From Halobacteriales archaeon (GTDB taxonomy: Archaea; Halobacteriota; Halobacteria; Halobacteriales; SKSH01), in assembly GCA_007118075.1 (NCBI GenBank), contig SKSH01000151.1, forward strand, positions 1-41,746: a stretch of DNA of 41,746 bases. The letters are read 5' to 3'. The position numbers and the translations under genes were made by a program. Below the pieces are notes generated by a model. That model had not been told where the DNA came from, searched no databases, and worked only from the letters and a program-made list of their open reading frames with translations. Position 1 is the first letter of the stretch, and every line of letters starts with the position of its first letter. Below, in pieces: positions 27,494 through 36,904 of this stretch.

Positions 27494-28780
27494 ATGAACG
27501 TTGAACTCGGCTACGCCCTCGCTCCTCCGGCATCACCGGGGATCTCCAGGTCATCGCTCGATGAGCTCGATGAGCGAGTCGAAGCTGCACACGACCGAAT
27601 CCAAGCTGGAGTCGAGACAGGAGCAGATGGTTACACATCGCTCGATCTCTACGAACGGGTAGACACCGAACGAATCCAGGCCGTGGTAGACGAATTCGAA
27701 CCCATCGAGACGGTCCTGGTCATCGGCATGGGTGGATCGGCACTGGGTGCCCGTGCGATGGCGAACGCGCTCGCACCTGCTGACGATTGGTACATACTCG
27801 ATACCCTCGATCCGGTGTATCTCGAGCATATCATCGATGCAGTTGACCTTGAAGATACCCTCTGCCACGTCGTCTCAAAATCGGGGTCAACCGTCGAGAC
27901 CAGAGCGATCTTCCAGGTGATCCGGCAAGCCATGGCTGACGAGGGCATCGACTGGACCACCCGGACCATCGCGACAACGGGTGAGACCGGCCCACTCGGG
28001 CGAACTATCGAGGAGAATGGAGCGACACGACTCGAACCGCCAGATGGCGTCCCTGGCCGGTACTCCGCCCTCTCTTCGATGGCACTGCCAAGTGCAGCCG
28101 CGTTGGGGATCGACGTGCAGGGGCTCCTCACCGGTGCTGAACGGGCCCATCGATCACTCACCGGCTCACTCCTCAAATCTCCGGCGTACGCCTACGGAGC
28201 AGTGATGGCTGAATTGTCAGCGCATGGTGTCGGTCAGAATGCGTTCGTGACCTATGGCGAACGGTTAGGTGCTTTCGGCCATTGGTTCAGCCAACTGTGG
28301 GCCGAAAGTCTCGGAAAGGACGGACTCGGACAGACACCGATCCCAGGTCGAGGCGTCGCCGATCACCACTCACAGCTGCAACGATGGCGAGCCGGTCCAA
28401 GGGATCTGGCGGTGACGACGCTCACAACGGGTGATCGGGGTGGTCAAGCGGTGGAACTTGATGATGCGACACCAGTGACACTCGGAGCGCTCCAGGAGCT
28501 CGAACGTCGCGCGATGACCGCCAGTCTCGGTGATGCTGGGGTCCCCGCTGTTGGGATCGAACTCGACAGACTCGATGCTGAATCGATCGGTGAGCTGTTC
28601 GTCTCACTCGAGGCGGCAACCATCCTCGTCGCCGAACTCTGGGAGATCGACGCGTTCGATCAACCGGCTGTCGATTGGGCAAAATCTGCGGTTCGAGCAG
28701 AACTCGGCCTTGAATCGGGGGCTCATGCACAACTCAACCCACCGGAGCCGTTGTCCATCGATGGACAGCGACGGGGCTAA
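27494..28780 (+). CDS. pgi: glucose-6-phosphate isomerase
   Basis: 428 aa. SIS-domain motifs VIGMGGSALGARA and VVSKSGSTVET. Length and layout match bacterial/haloarchaeal-type PGI. Confidence 0.85.
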   Translation: MNVELGYALAPPASPGISRSSLDELDERVEAAHDRIQAGVETGADGYTSLDLYERVDTERIQAVVDEFEPIETVLVIGMGGSALGARAMANALAPADDWYILDTLDPVYLEHIIDAVDLEDTLCHVVSKSGSTVETRAIFQVIRQAMADEGIDWTTRTIATTGETGPLGRTIEENGATRLEPPDGVPGRYSALSSMALPSAAALGIDVQGLLTGAERAHRSLTGSLLKSPAYAYGAVMAELSAHGVGQNAFVTYGERLGAFGHWFSQLWAESLGKDGLGQTPIPGRGVADHHSQLQRWRAGPRDLAVTTLTTGDRGGQAVELDDATPVTLGALQELERRAMTASLGDAGVPAVGIELDRLDAESIGELFVSLEAATILVAELWEIDAFDQPAVDWAKSAVRAELGLESGAHAQLNPPEPLSIDGQRRG

Positions 28781-28809
28781 GGGTCCACGACAGCGAGTAT
28801 CTTCGCATA

Positions 28810-29961
28810 ATGAGACGGTATCCGCCACTCTTGGCCCTCCTCGGCGCGTTGGTCATCGTCATTAGCGCGATGGGAGAATGGGAGACGACCACGGTCTCCA
28901 TCGGTGTCGAGCTCCCAATCTTCATCCTCCTTGGACTGATCGCTGGGCTCTTCGTGCTCCTCGGGGTCCTCCGGTGGCAGCAACTACTCGAGCCGCGGAG
29001 CTTCGCTACCGGTGTGTTCGCAGTCGGCCTCCTCGCGTGGCTCGTCGGAATGTATGGCTACGCGGCAGTGTTCGGCGGGAACTTCGACAATCAGTGGACA
29101 GAGACAGCCGCGCTGGTGCCGGCGATAACCACCATCGTCGGTGGAGGCATCGCCATCGCAGGTGGTCTCGGTGATTGGTTCGAAATCGAACCAACCTCGG
29201 CGAAAGATCGAACCAAAGCAGCAGCGATTGTGACCGGTGTCGGCTTCGGTGGGCTAATCTTGATGTTCATCTGGTCACAGATCCTCCTCCTCATCCTCGT
29301 CGTTATCACCGGCGATTTCGACCCGCCGCTCGATCAGTTGTTGGTGGTCTCGAACGTCGCTCTTGGGCTCGGAATGGGGACGATGGCAGGCATCTACCTC
29401 CTGCTCGCAGATCGGACTCGGTCGTTCATCGATCTCCGCATCCCTGGTCTGCGCGATATCGCATGGACGTTCGTCGGCATCGGGGGCCTCTTCGCGGCGT
29501 TGATTATCGTCGGTATCATCCTCCAGCTCATCGGGACCCCGCCAGCCGAACACGGACTCGTCGAGAACATCCGGGCCGAAGGTGATCCCAACGTGGTCCT
29601 CTACATCCTCATCCCCAGTGCAATCCTCATCATCGGCCCGGGAGAGGAGTTGCTCTTCAGGAACATCGTGCAGAAATCACTGTACGATTATTTTTCTCGG
29701 CCAGCGGCCATCATCCTTGCCAGCCTCGTCTTCGCCGTGGCTCATATCCCGGCGTATTGGGCCGGGGCAGGGACCATCACGGCGGTCATCGTCATCTCGG
29801 TCCTCTCACTCGTCCTGGGTGCCATCTATGCAAAGACGGAGAATATCATCGTCCCAGCGGTGATCCACGGGTTATACAATGCGATCCTCTTCGGTGTGCT
29901 GTATATCGAACTGACCTCTGACGTGGAGGTCATCGCCTTGCTCCCAACCCTCGTTGGGTAA
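28810..29961 (+). CDS. CPBP-family intramembrane glutamic endopeptidase (CAAX protease/Abi fold) with long N-terminal multi-TM extension
   Basis: 383 aa. The C-terminal third carries GEELLFRNI, FAVAHI and VIHGLYNA (the EExxxR / FxxxH / HxxxN CPBP motifs). Confidence 0.85.
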   Translation: MRRYPPLLALLGALVIVISAMGEWETTTVSIGVELPIFILLGLIAGLFVLLGVLRWQQLLEPRSFATGVFAVGLLAWLVGMYGYAAVFGGNFDNQWTETAALVPAITTIVGGGIAIAGGLGDWFEIEPTSAKDRTKAAAIVTGVGFGGLILMFIWSQILLLILVVITGDFDPPLDQLLVVSNVALGLGMGTMAGIYLLLADRTRSFIDLRIPGLRDIAWTFVGIGGLFAALIIVGIILQLIGTPPAEHGLVENIRAEGDPNVVLYILIPSAILIIGPGEELLFRNIVQKSLYDYFSRPAAIILASLVFAVAHIPAYWAGAGTITAVIVISVLSLVLGAIYAKTENIIVPAVIHGLYNAILFGVLYIELTSDVEVIALLPTLVG

Positions 29962-29965
29962 CGCG

Positions 29966-30430
29966 CTATGCGTTCGTCGGTCGCTTGCGTGATAATCCGG
30001 TCCCACAGATCGGGCACCGTTCGTGATCTTCCTCGAACTCACGGCCACATCCCTGACATTGGAAGTTCCAGTGGCGAGTCTCATCAATCCCATCCTGGGC
30101 GATCGCCTCCACCTCGATGTCGAGGATGCTCGCCACGTTCTGCATGGCGTAATCATCTGTCACGATGGTTCCATCGAGCTCGAACGCGGTTGCGAGGAGT
30201 CTGACATCGGTCTCAGAGAGTTCCCCGTGGTCACCACCTTCGCGGGCGGCCCGTCTGATTCGGTCGATCGTTTCAGGATCGGGGATGTGGATCCGCATCC
30301 CTGAGCCTTCGAGTGCATCGAACCGGTACGCATTCTCGTCCTCGAGCTCGTCGCGAACTTCGGGGACGGTCACCGTCGGCTCGGTGACATGGAAATCGTG
30401 AATGAACACCGACGTATCCAACACGTACAT
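29966..30430 (-). CDS. nob1: Nob1-like endoribonuclease (PIN domain + C-terminal zinc ribbon)
   Basis: 154 aa. PIN start MYVLDTSVFI, TDDYAMQNVA, and the C-terminal CQGCGREF...CPICG. Confidence 0.8.
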   Translation of the reverse strand: MYVLDTSVFIHDFHVTEPTVTVPEVRDELEDENAYRFDALEGSGMRIHIPDPETIDRIRRAAREGGDHGELSETDVRLLATAFELDGTIVTDDYAMQNVASILDIEVEAIAQDGIDETRHWNFQCQGCGREFEEDHERCPICGTGLSRKRPTNA

Positions 30431-30676
30431 CTACTGTTCTATGACGATGTAATCCTTGACCGCCTGGACGTGTTCGATCGGGACGTGCACGCGTCCCTCC
30501 TCGTCAGTCTCAAAGTCGAGGGCGACAGGGTTGAAGCCCTCGTTCGGTTCAACGATGATATCGAAGAGCTGTCCGGTTCGAAGGTCCATGGTCACGTTGT
30601 ACAGTTCACCGATCTCACCGCCATCTGCTCCCATGACCTCCATGCCTGAGAGGTTCTTCGCGAGAATGCCGCTCAT
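30431..30676 (-). CDS. PRC-barrel domain protein (small, about 81 aa)
   Basis: LSGMEVMGADGGEIGELYNVTMDLRTGQLFDIIVEP is a typical PRC-barrel core. Its stop codon (30431-30433) directly abuts the nob1 start at 30430 (operon). Confidence 0.8.
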   Translation of the reverse strand: MSGILAKNLSGMEVMGADGGEIGELYNVTMDLRTGQLFDIIVEPNEGFNPVALDFETDEEGRVHVPIEHVQAVKDYIVIEQ

Positions 30677-30800
30677 AACCGGTCAATTCCTCGGCCTTGC
30701 TTGTAATGCTTTCTACCGGCAGGAGGGACAACTCGATGAAACGACACGCATTAATGTCGGTACCGGATGCTTCTCGGTAGGGATTTCTCCCCGACCCGAT

Positions 30801-32600
30801 ATGGCCTTCGACACATCGTCTGCCTCGCTACGAACCCCGATCGCCGCCGTACTCGGACACGTCGATCACGGGAAGACGACACTCCTCGACCGAATCCGCG
30901 GAACAGCGGTTACCGAGGAAGAAGCTGGCGCGATCACCCAACACATCGGGGCGACTGCGATCCCGCTTGAGACCATCTCTGAGCTGGCAGGCGCACTGGT
31001 CAATCCAACCGATTTCGATCTTCCTGGTCTGTTGTTCATCGATACACCCGGACACCACGCCTTTACCACGCTGCGATCTCGCGGGGGCGCGCTGGCTGAT
31101 CTCGCCGTACTCGTCGTCGCGGTCGACGATGGATTCCAGCCACAGACGATCGAGGCGATCGAGATCCTCAAACGGACAGAAACACCGTTCGTCGTCGCCG
31201 CGAACAAGATCGACGCGATTCCCGGCTGGCAATCTGTGGAGAACGCACCGATCCAACAGCGGTATGAGGCACAGACCGACATCGTCAGAAGCCGGCTCGA
31301 TGAACGCCTCTATGAGATCATCGGTGAGCTGAGTGAACTCGGCTTCTCGGCGGACTTCTACTGGCGTATCCAGGATTTCCAACGGAACATCGGGGTCGTT
31401 CCCATCAGTGCCCTCACCGGTGAGGGATGCCCTGATCTGCTCGCGGTGATGATGGGTCTGGCCCAGCGGTTTCTCCGTGAGAGCATGGCGGTCAATGTCA
31501 ACCGCTCTGGTCGCGGTACGGTCATCGAGGTGAAGGAGGAGCAGGGACTCGGTACGACGCTCGATGCCATCATCTCCGATGGATCGCTCTCAGTCGACGA
31601 CACGATCGTCGTCGGTGGAACCGGCGGGCCGATCGTCACTACAGTCCGTGCGCTGTTGCAACCTCGGCCACTCGAGGAGATACGCACCGGACGCAGATTC
31701 GAGCAAGTCGACCGGGTCGAGGCCGCAGCTGGCGTGAAGATTGCCGCTGCAAATCTTGAGACTGCGATGGCTGGGGCGCCCATCGCCGCCGTCGGTGCCA
31801 GTGATGAGAGCGACGTTATCGCCGAGGTGAAATCGGCGATTGCGGACATCCAGGTCTCCACCGATGACGACGGAATTGTCCTCAAAGCGGACACGTTGGG
31901 TAGCCTCGAGGCGATTGCCACCTCCTTGCAAGAGGAGCTCGAGGTACCGATCATGCGAGCTGAGGTGGGTGATATCTCCTCGAGAGATGTCAGGATGGCC
32001 TCGACTGCGGCCGATCCGAAGCATCGGGTCATCGTTGGATTCAACGTGGAACTACTCCCAGAAGCGGATCGTTTACTCGCGGAGGAGCCGGTCAGAATCT
32101 TCAGAGACGACGTCATCTACCAGCTCATCGAGGACCTCGAGGAGTACCTCACCCGACTCGAGACCGAGCAGCGAGAGACGATCCTCGAACAGATCATCCG
32201 TCCTGCACGGTTCCGACTCCTCCCTGATCACACGTTCCGAAGCAGTGATCCAGCGGTCGTAGGGGTCGAGATTCTCGGTGGGACACTCAAAACCAACGTC
32301 CCGGTGGCGGCATTCGAGGGCGACGGTGAGCCGAGACGGGTTGGGATTGTGAAGGGGATTCAGCGTGAGGGTGAGGACATCGAGGCTGCTGACCGTGGTG
32401 AGCGCGTGAGTGTTGCCATCGACGGGCCGACGATCGGTCGAGGACTTGACGAGGGGGATGAGCTCTGGACGGAACTCCCGGAGAAGCACGCCAAAATCAT
32501 CGAACTAGAGTTGCTCGATGAGCTCGATGAACACGAACGATTGGCACTCAACCAATATCTCGAATCGGTCCGAGCAGCTGACCCGTTCTGGGCGAAGTAA
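30801..32600 (+). CDS. infB: translation initiation factor aIF5B (IF-2 family GTPase)
   Basis: 599 aa from ATG 30801 (MAFDTSSASLRTPIAAVLGHVDHGKTTLLD; DTPGH; NKID). The 115-codon upstream extension in the ORF track overlaps the PRC-barrel gene on the other strand. Confidence 0.92.
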   Translation: MAFDTSSASLRTPIAAVLGHVDHGKTTLLDRIRGTAVTEEEAGAITQHIGATAIPLETISELAGALVNPTDFDLPGLLFIDTPGHHAFTTLRSRGGALADLAVLVVAVDDGFQPQTIEAIEILKRTETPFVVAANKIDAIPGWQSVENAPIQQRYEAQTDIVRSRLDERLYEIIGELSELGFSADFYWRIQDFQRNIGVVPISALTGEGCPDLLAVMMGLAQRFLRESMAVNVNRSGRGTVIEVKEEQGLGTTLDAIISDGSLSVDDTIVVGGTGGPIVTTVRALLQPRPLEEIRTGRRFEQVDRVEAAAGVKIAAANLETAMAGAPIAAVGASDESDVIAEVKSAIADIQVSTDDDGIVLKADTLGSLEAIATSLQEELEVPIMRAEVGDISSRDVRMASTAADPKHRVIVGFNVELLPEADRLLAEEPVRIFRDDVIYQLIEDLEEYLTRLETEQRETILEQIIRPARFRLLPDHTFRSSDPAVVGVEILGGTLKTNVPVAAFEGDGEPRRVGIVKGIQREGEDIEAADRGERVSVAIDGPTIGRGLDEGDELWTELPEKHAKIIELELLDELDEHERLALNQYLESVRAADPFWAK

Positions 32601-32939
32601 CTATTGTCCGGCAGGAAGAAACCGATCGCCGACTGCGTTTTGCGCTCGGCCGACCGCTGCAGCGACGAGTTCGACGGTCAGTTCGTGACGGCCATCTTCG
32701 GAGAACTCATCGAGATCGGCAAGTGGGATGCCTGCTGCGACAGGCGGTGATTCCGGTGGATGGACCGACACAGCCGCTGTCGGACCAGTTGGGGTGGTGA
32801 CGACCTGCGCATCGACCTCGAAGGCTGCTGAGAGGTGTACCCTGACCGCATCAGCCACCGCGTCGGCCGTCGACTGCAGCACACGAAGCTCCTCTGAGGT
32901 GGCTGGATCGGCCCCATCATCGACACGGTTTTGATACAT
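32601..32939 (-). CDS. hypothetical acidic protein
   Basis: 112 aa from ATG 32939 (MYQNRVDDGADPATSEEL...). The ORF-track start at 32957 is a TTG. The stop abuts the infB stop with zero spacing. No recognisable motif. Confidence 0.5.
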   Translation of the reverse strand: MYQNRVDDGADPATSEELRVLQSTADAVADAVRVHLSAAFEVDAQVVTTPTGPTAAVSVHPPESPPVAAGIPLADLDEFSEDGRHELTVELVAAAVGRAQNAVGDRFLPAGQ

Positions 32940-32987
32940 TGCTATAAGCCTAAACAAGCAGCGGGCAAAAGTGATTCGACCAAGGTA

Positions 32988-33470
32988 TCACCATCGATCG
33001 TTGGCCTGACCATATGCGGCTAGAACGACCGCACAGCCGTATGCATCGTCTTCAGCCGTGACGGTGGATAGTTTGGAGCCCCCCGTGGCAGGCGACCAGG
33101 ATCTGAGCGCCAATCCGTGCTCAATCCCATCATCGAGACGGGAGCTGACGACCGATTCGGCATCAGCACCTGTCGACACCTCCTCATAGAAAAGCCCTGA
33201 ACCCTCCACCGTTCGAGTCCACCTCAGCCCAGCACATCCGTGCATGCCAGCTTCGACCGTGACCGATGCCTGTACAACGTGTAAGCGGTCACCGATGGCA
33301 CCGAGGTCACTGAGATCTTCGGCCTCGGTGAGTGTAGCGGCAGTCGGGATGACTGAAGACAGTCGAACAAGGTTGAACCGTTCTGCGCCGACATCGGTCA
33401 AGGCGGTATCGAATGCTGCCACCGGTGTCGGACCTGTGCCGGCGCCAGCAACAATTCTGATCATAACCAT
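32988..33470 (-). CDS. pdaD: pyruvoyl-dependent arginine decarboxylase
   Basis: 160 aa. IRIVAGAGTGPTPVAAFDTAL ... NLVRLSSVIP (Ser-Ser self-cleavage site). A possible alternative start is the ATG at 33464. Confidence 0.85.
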   Translation of the reverse strand: MVMIRIVAGAGTGPTPVAAFDTALTDVGAERFNLVRLSSVIPTAATLTEAEDLSDLGAIGDRLHVVQASVTVEAGMHGCAGLRWTRTVEGSGLFYEEVSTGADAESVVSSRLDDGIEHGLALRSWSPATGGSKLSTVTAEDDAYGCAVVLAAYGQANDRW

Positions 33471-33499
33471 CTACGTGTGCTATCGGGTGAGTCCGAGGT

Positions 33500-34741
33500 T
33501 CAATACGCGTAATCAGCCCAACCATCTGAGGTAATCGGGCCGGAATCGTTATCTTCCTCGATACGAGCCTTCGCGGAAGTGAAATCTGACCGAGTGACTG
33601 CCGTCCGACCATCCCTGATGGCGACCATCCCCGCCTCAGTCGCCAGGCTTGCAAGATCTGCACCGGTGTATCCCGGTGTCGATTCCGCAAGTTCCTGGAG
33701 ATTGACGTCATCCGCCAATCGCATCGATCGGGTATGGATTTCGAGGATCACTTCCCGACCTGCTTGATCTGGGCGTGGTACCTCGATGAGGCGATCGAAA
33801 CGGCCCGGGCGTAAAATCGCCCGGTCAAGCATATCGAACCGGTTCGTGGCACCGATGATGCTGATCTCCCCTCGTGCATCGAATCCATCCATCTCACTGA
33901 GCAGCTGCATCATCGTGCGTTGAACCTCAGCATCACCAGATGTCTTCGATTCAGTCCGCTTCGCGGCGATCGCATCAATCTCATCGATGAAGATGATCGC
34001 TGGTTGTTCATCACGTGCAAGCTGGAAGAGATCGCGTACCAATCGTGATCCCTCACCGATGAACTTCCGCACGAGCTCGCTTCCGGCCATCTTGATGAAG
34101 GTGGCGTCGGTGTGATTGGCGACCGCTTTCGCGAGCAACGTCTTTCCCGTACCTGGGTCACCGTACAACAGCACACCAGCCGGCGGTTTGACCCCCACCG
34201 CTTCGAACTGCTCTGGCCGTTGCAATGGTGCCTCTACTGCCTCACGTACCTCGAGGATCTGTTCGTCTATCCCTCCGATGTCATCGTAGGTCACATCGGG
34301 TGAACGATCGATAGCCATCGCCTGCGCTCGGGCATCGGTCTCGGTATCGAGGACCTCCTGGACCGTGAATGAGTCATTGACCGCGACGCGGTCACCAGGA
34401 TCGAGTTCTTGCGATTGCGTGGCGGATAAGTCGGTAAGAATCTCCTGATTGTTCCCGTGTTGGCGTAAGAGCCCCTCATGCGTCTCCGGCCATACCTCCT
34501 CGATCGTAGCAACGTACAGCGCAGAAGTCTTGAGCGACTCATTTTCACGGGTAAGCCGGTCGACCTCAGAGCGGAGTTCAGCACCCCGTTCGACCGCGCG
34601 CTTGAGCTCACGGTCGAGTTGGCTGCCGATATCGAGCAGGTTGTCATGGTGGGCTAGCATCGCCTCCAGCCGTTCCTCGTTGGACATATCAGGATCCAAC
34701 TGGAGCCTGGGCCGGTCCGGGATGGAGGGGCTATGCGACAT
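33500..34741 (-). CDS. pan: proteasome-activating nucleotidase (AAA+ ATPase PAN)
   Basis: 413 aa: N-terminal coiled coil (ELKRAVERGAELRSEVDRLTRENESLK), OB region, Walker A GDPGTGKT, Walker B IIFIDEIDAI, second region of homology. Confidence 0.95.
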   Translation of the reverse strand: MSHSPSIPDRPRLQLDPDMSNEERLEAMLAHHDNLLDIGSQLDRELKRAVERGAELRSEVDRLTRENESLKTSALYVATIEEVWPETHEGLLRQHGNNQEILTDLSATQSQELDPGDRVAVNDSFTVQEVLDTETDARAQAMAIDRSPDVTYDDIGGIDEQILEVREAVEAPLQRPEQFEAVGVKPPAGVLLYGDPGTGKTLLAKAVANHTDATFIKMAGSELVRKFIGEGSRLVRDLFQLARDEQPAIIFIDEIDAIAAKRTESKTSGDAEVQRTMMQLLSEMDGFDARGEISIIGATNRFDMLDRAILRPGRFDRLIEVPRPDQAGREVILEIHTRSMRLADDVNLQELAESTPGYTGADLASLATEAGMVAIRDGRTAVTRSDFTSAKARIEEDNDSGPITSDGWADYAY

Positions 34742-34789
34742 CGAACCGAGGATACGCCGTCGATCGTAGAAGTGCCTTTGGGTCGCGAC

Positions 34790-36589
34790 CTACGCGAGCC
34801 CGGCCGTCTGCTCGAACTCATCCAACCGTCGGCGGTATACATCGATGGCAGACTCGATTGGTTCGGACGTCGTCATATCGACACCGGCAGCCTCGAGCAG
34901 CTCGATGGGATATCGGCTCGAGCCGAGTTCGAGAAACTCACGATATTGCTGGGCAGCTGGTTCTCCTCGGTCGATGATATCTGCCGCGATGGCGACCGCC
35001 GCGCTGATCCCAGTCGAATACTGGAAGACATAGAATGGGCGGTAAAAGTGTGGGATTCGCATCCACTCTCGGGCGATATGGTCATCGACATTGGCCGGTG
35101 CATAGTAGCTCGATTTGAGGTCGTGGAAAATTGTATCGAGGCGATCGGCGGTGATCGCTTCACCCGCTGCGGCCAACTCGTGGGCTTGCCGCTCGAACTC
35201 GGCGAACATGGTTTGCCGATACAACACCGAACGGTACCGCTCGAGCGCCTGATCGAGCACGTGCCGTTTGAACACCTCGTCGTCGACGGTCTCGAGTAGA
35301 TGATGGGTGAGCAACACCTCGTTGACCGTGCTCGCAACCTCAGCGATGAAGATGGTGTACCCTGAGTAGACATACGGTTGCGCCTCGCTGGTGTACTCAG
35401 AGTGAAGTGAGTGGCCGAGTTCATGGGCGAGTGTGTACATCGAATTGATGTCATCCTGATAATTCATGAGGATGAACGGTTGGGTGTCATATGTGCCCCC
35501 AGAATAGGCACCGCCTCGCTTGCCGCGACTCTCATAGACATCAATCCACCGTGATTCGATGCCAGCAGCGACCCGTGACCGATAGTCTTCACCGAGCAGA
35601 CCGAGGGCGTCGGTAACGTGTTCGGTGGCCTCCTCGTAGGCAATCGTTGGGTCATCCTCACCTCCGATGGGGGCGTACAGATCCCACATTTCGAGCTCAT
35701 CGACACCGAGGATCGACCGTTTGAGCTCCACATGACGGTGGATCGCATCGAGATTGTCATTGACGGTCTCAACGAGACGGTCATAGACCTCGATGGGGAC
35801 ATTCGGCCCGGCGAGTGATTTCTCAAGCGCACTCTCGAAGTTCCGTGCCTCGGCGAGCTGTCGTTCACCCTCGATCACGTGTCGATAGGCGGTTGCAACC
35901 GTGTTCCGATAGTCAGCCCAGGTCTCGTAGTATGCGGTATATACCCGCTCTCTGAAATCTCGATCGGCATCACGCAACAGCGAGGTGAAGTTACTGACCG
36001 TAATCTCGATCGGCTCACCGGCTGAGTTATCGACCGATGGGAACGAGAGATCGGCGTTGTGAAACATCTGGTAGATGTCCGACGGAGCGCCAAGGACATC
36101 GGACAGATCTGCTAGAAGTGCCTCGACCTCGGCCGAACGGGTGTGGTCGCGGAGACGATGAATATCCTCGAGATGGTGCTCGTAGGTACCGAGACCATCG
36201 ACCTCCTCGATCCATCCCTCGAGTGTGGTTGCATCGAGGGCCTGAATCTCAGGTTCGAAGTAGCTCACCGCCGAGGAAGCATCCGCAGCGAGGGTCTTCG
36301 ACCTCGCCGTCAAGGCCTGATATCGTTCCCGTCTTGTGTCTTCGTCCCACCGCATCCGGGCGTACGACGCGACGTTCTGGATGGTCCGCAAGAGCTGCTC
36401 ACGGGCTTTCAGTGCCTCAAGGAGAACGGAGCCTTCCTCGTCGAGTCGGCCCTCGAAATGAGTGACCTGCTCGATCAACTCTCCGACCTCGTCGAAATCT
36501 TCCTCCCACATCTCCTCATCAGCGTAAATCGAGCCTAGCGACCAGGTGTACTCCTCATCGATCTCCGATCGTTCACGTACCTCACTCAT
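34790..36589 (-). CDS. pepF: oligoendopeptidase F (M3B metallopeptidase)
   Basis: 599 aa. HELGHSLH zinc motif at the expected position, with family-typical length. Confidence 0.9.
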   Translation of the reverse strand: MSEVRERSEIDEEYTWSLGSIYADEEMWEEDFDEVGELIEQVTHFEGRLDEEGSVLLEALKAREQLLRTIQNVASYARMRWDEDTRRERYQALTARSKTLAADASSAVSYFEPEIQALDATTLEGWIEEVDGLGTYEHHLEDIHRLRDHTRSAEVEALLADLSDVLGAPSDIYQMFHNADLSFPSVDNSAGEPIEITVSNFTSLLRDADRDFRERVYTAYYETWADYRNTVATAYRHVIEGERQLAEARNFESALEKSLAGPNVPIEVYDRLVETVNDNLDAIHRHVELKRSILGVDELEMWDLYAPIGGEDDPTIAYEEATEHVTDALGLLGEDYRSRVAAGIESRWIDVYESRGKRGGAYSGGTYDTQPFILMNYQDDINSMYTLAHELGHSLHSEYTSEAQPYVYSGYTIFIAEVASTVNEVLLTHHLLETVDDEVFKRHVLDQALERYRSVLYRQTMFAEFERQAHELAAAGEAITADRLDTIFHDLKSSYYAPANVDDHIAREWMRIPHFYRPFYVFQYSTGISAAVAIAADIIDRGEPAAQQYREFLELGSSRYPIELLEAAGVDMTTSEPIESAIDVYRRRLDEFEQTAGLA

Positions 36590-36652
36590 CGGTCGTGTCT
36601 ATTGTGGTGAAGGTAAAGTCTTCACGGAACCTCGCTTCCACGATCACTGTGT

Positions 36653-36880
36653 TCAGGCGGCCGCCGCTCGGATGATCCGTGCCAATCCGAGTGCCACCAA
36701 GAAGGAACCAACGAACACCGCCAGTGCGAGCACTACCCAGCCGAGTCCCTGGGCTGCCCACTCCCGGTGGCCGGTAAGGGGCTCGACCCCATGATAGACG
36801 AGGAGGACTAGCACCACCCCAATGGCCATCCGGGCGGCACCTGCCCAATAGGCGCCGTACTCTTCGGGCGTATGCCTCAT
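36653..36880 (-). CDS. small hypothetical membrane protein (2 TM)
   Basis: 75 aa from ATG 36880 with two hydrophobic helices. Co-directional between truA and pepF. Confidence 0.5.
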   Translation of the reverse strand: MRHTPEEYGAYWAGAARMAIGVVLVLLVYHGVEPLTGHREWAAQGLGWVVLALAVFVGSFLVALGLARIIRAAAA

Positions 36881-36904
36881 GCTACGCGTGTCCGCTGGTG
36901 GCCA

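Noticed and set aside
30456-30800. 115-codon N-terminal extension of aIF5B in the ORF track. Similar extensions occur on trmY (19826-20158), rps19e (39982-40269), the HemY-like gene (19201-19326), rnhB (23246-23317) and the AddA-like gene (12187-12270).
   Set aside because: The extensions start at TTG/GTG, overlap well-supported neighbouring genes, and have junk-like composition. In every case an in-frame ATG gives the family-typical N-terminus, often with a TATA-like box about 30 nt upstream.
36607-36625. Hairpin GTGAAG-gtaaagt-CTTCAC between the small membrane-protein gene and pepF.
   Set aside because: The stem is only 6 bp with no adjacent oligo-T tract, which is within chance expectation. 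It is not enough to call a terminator or regulatory structure.
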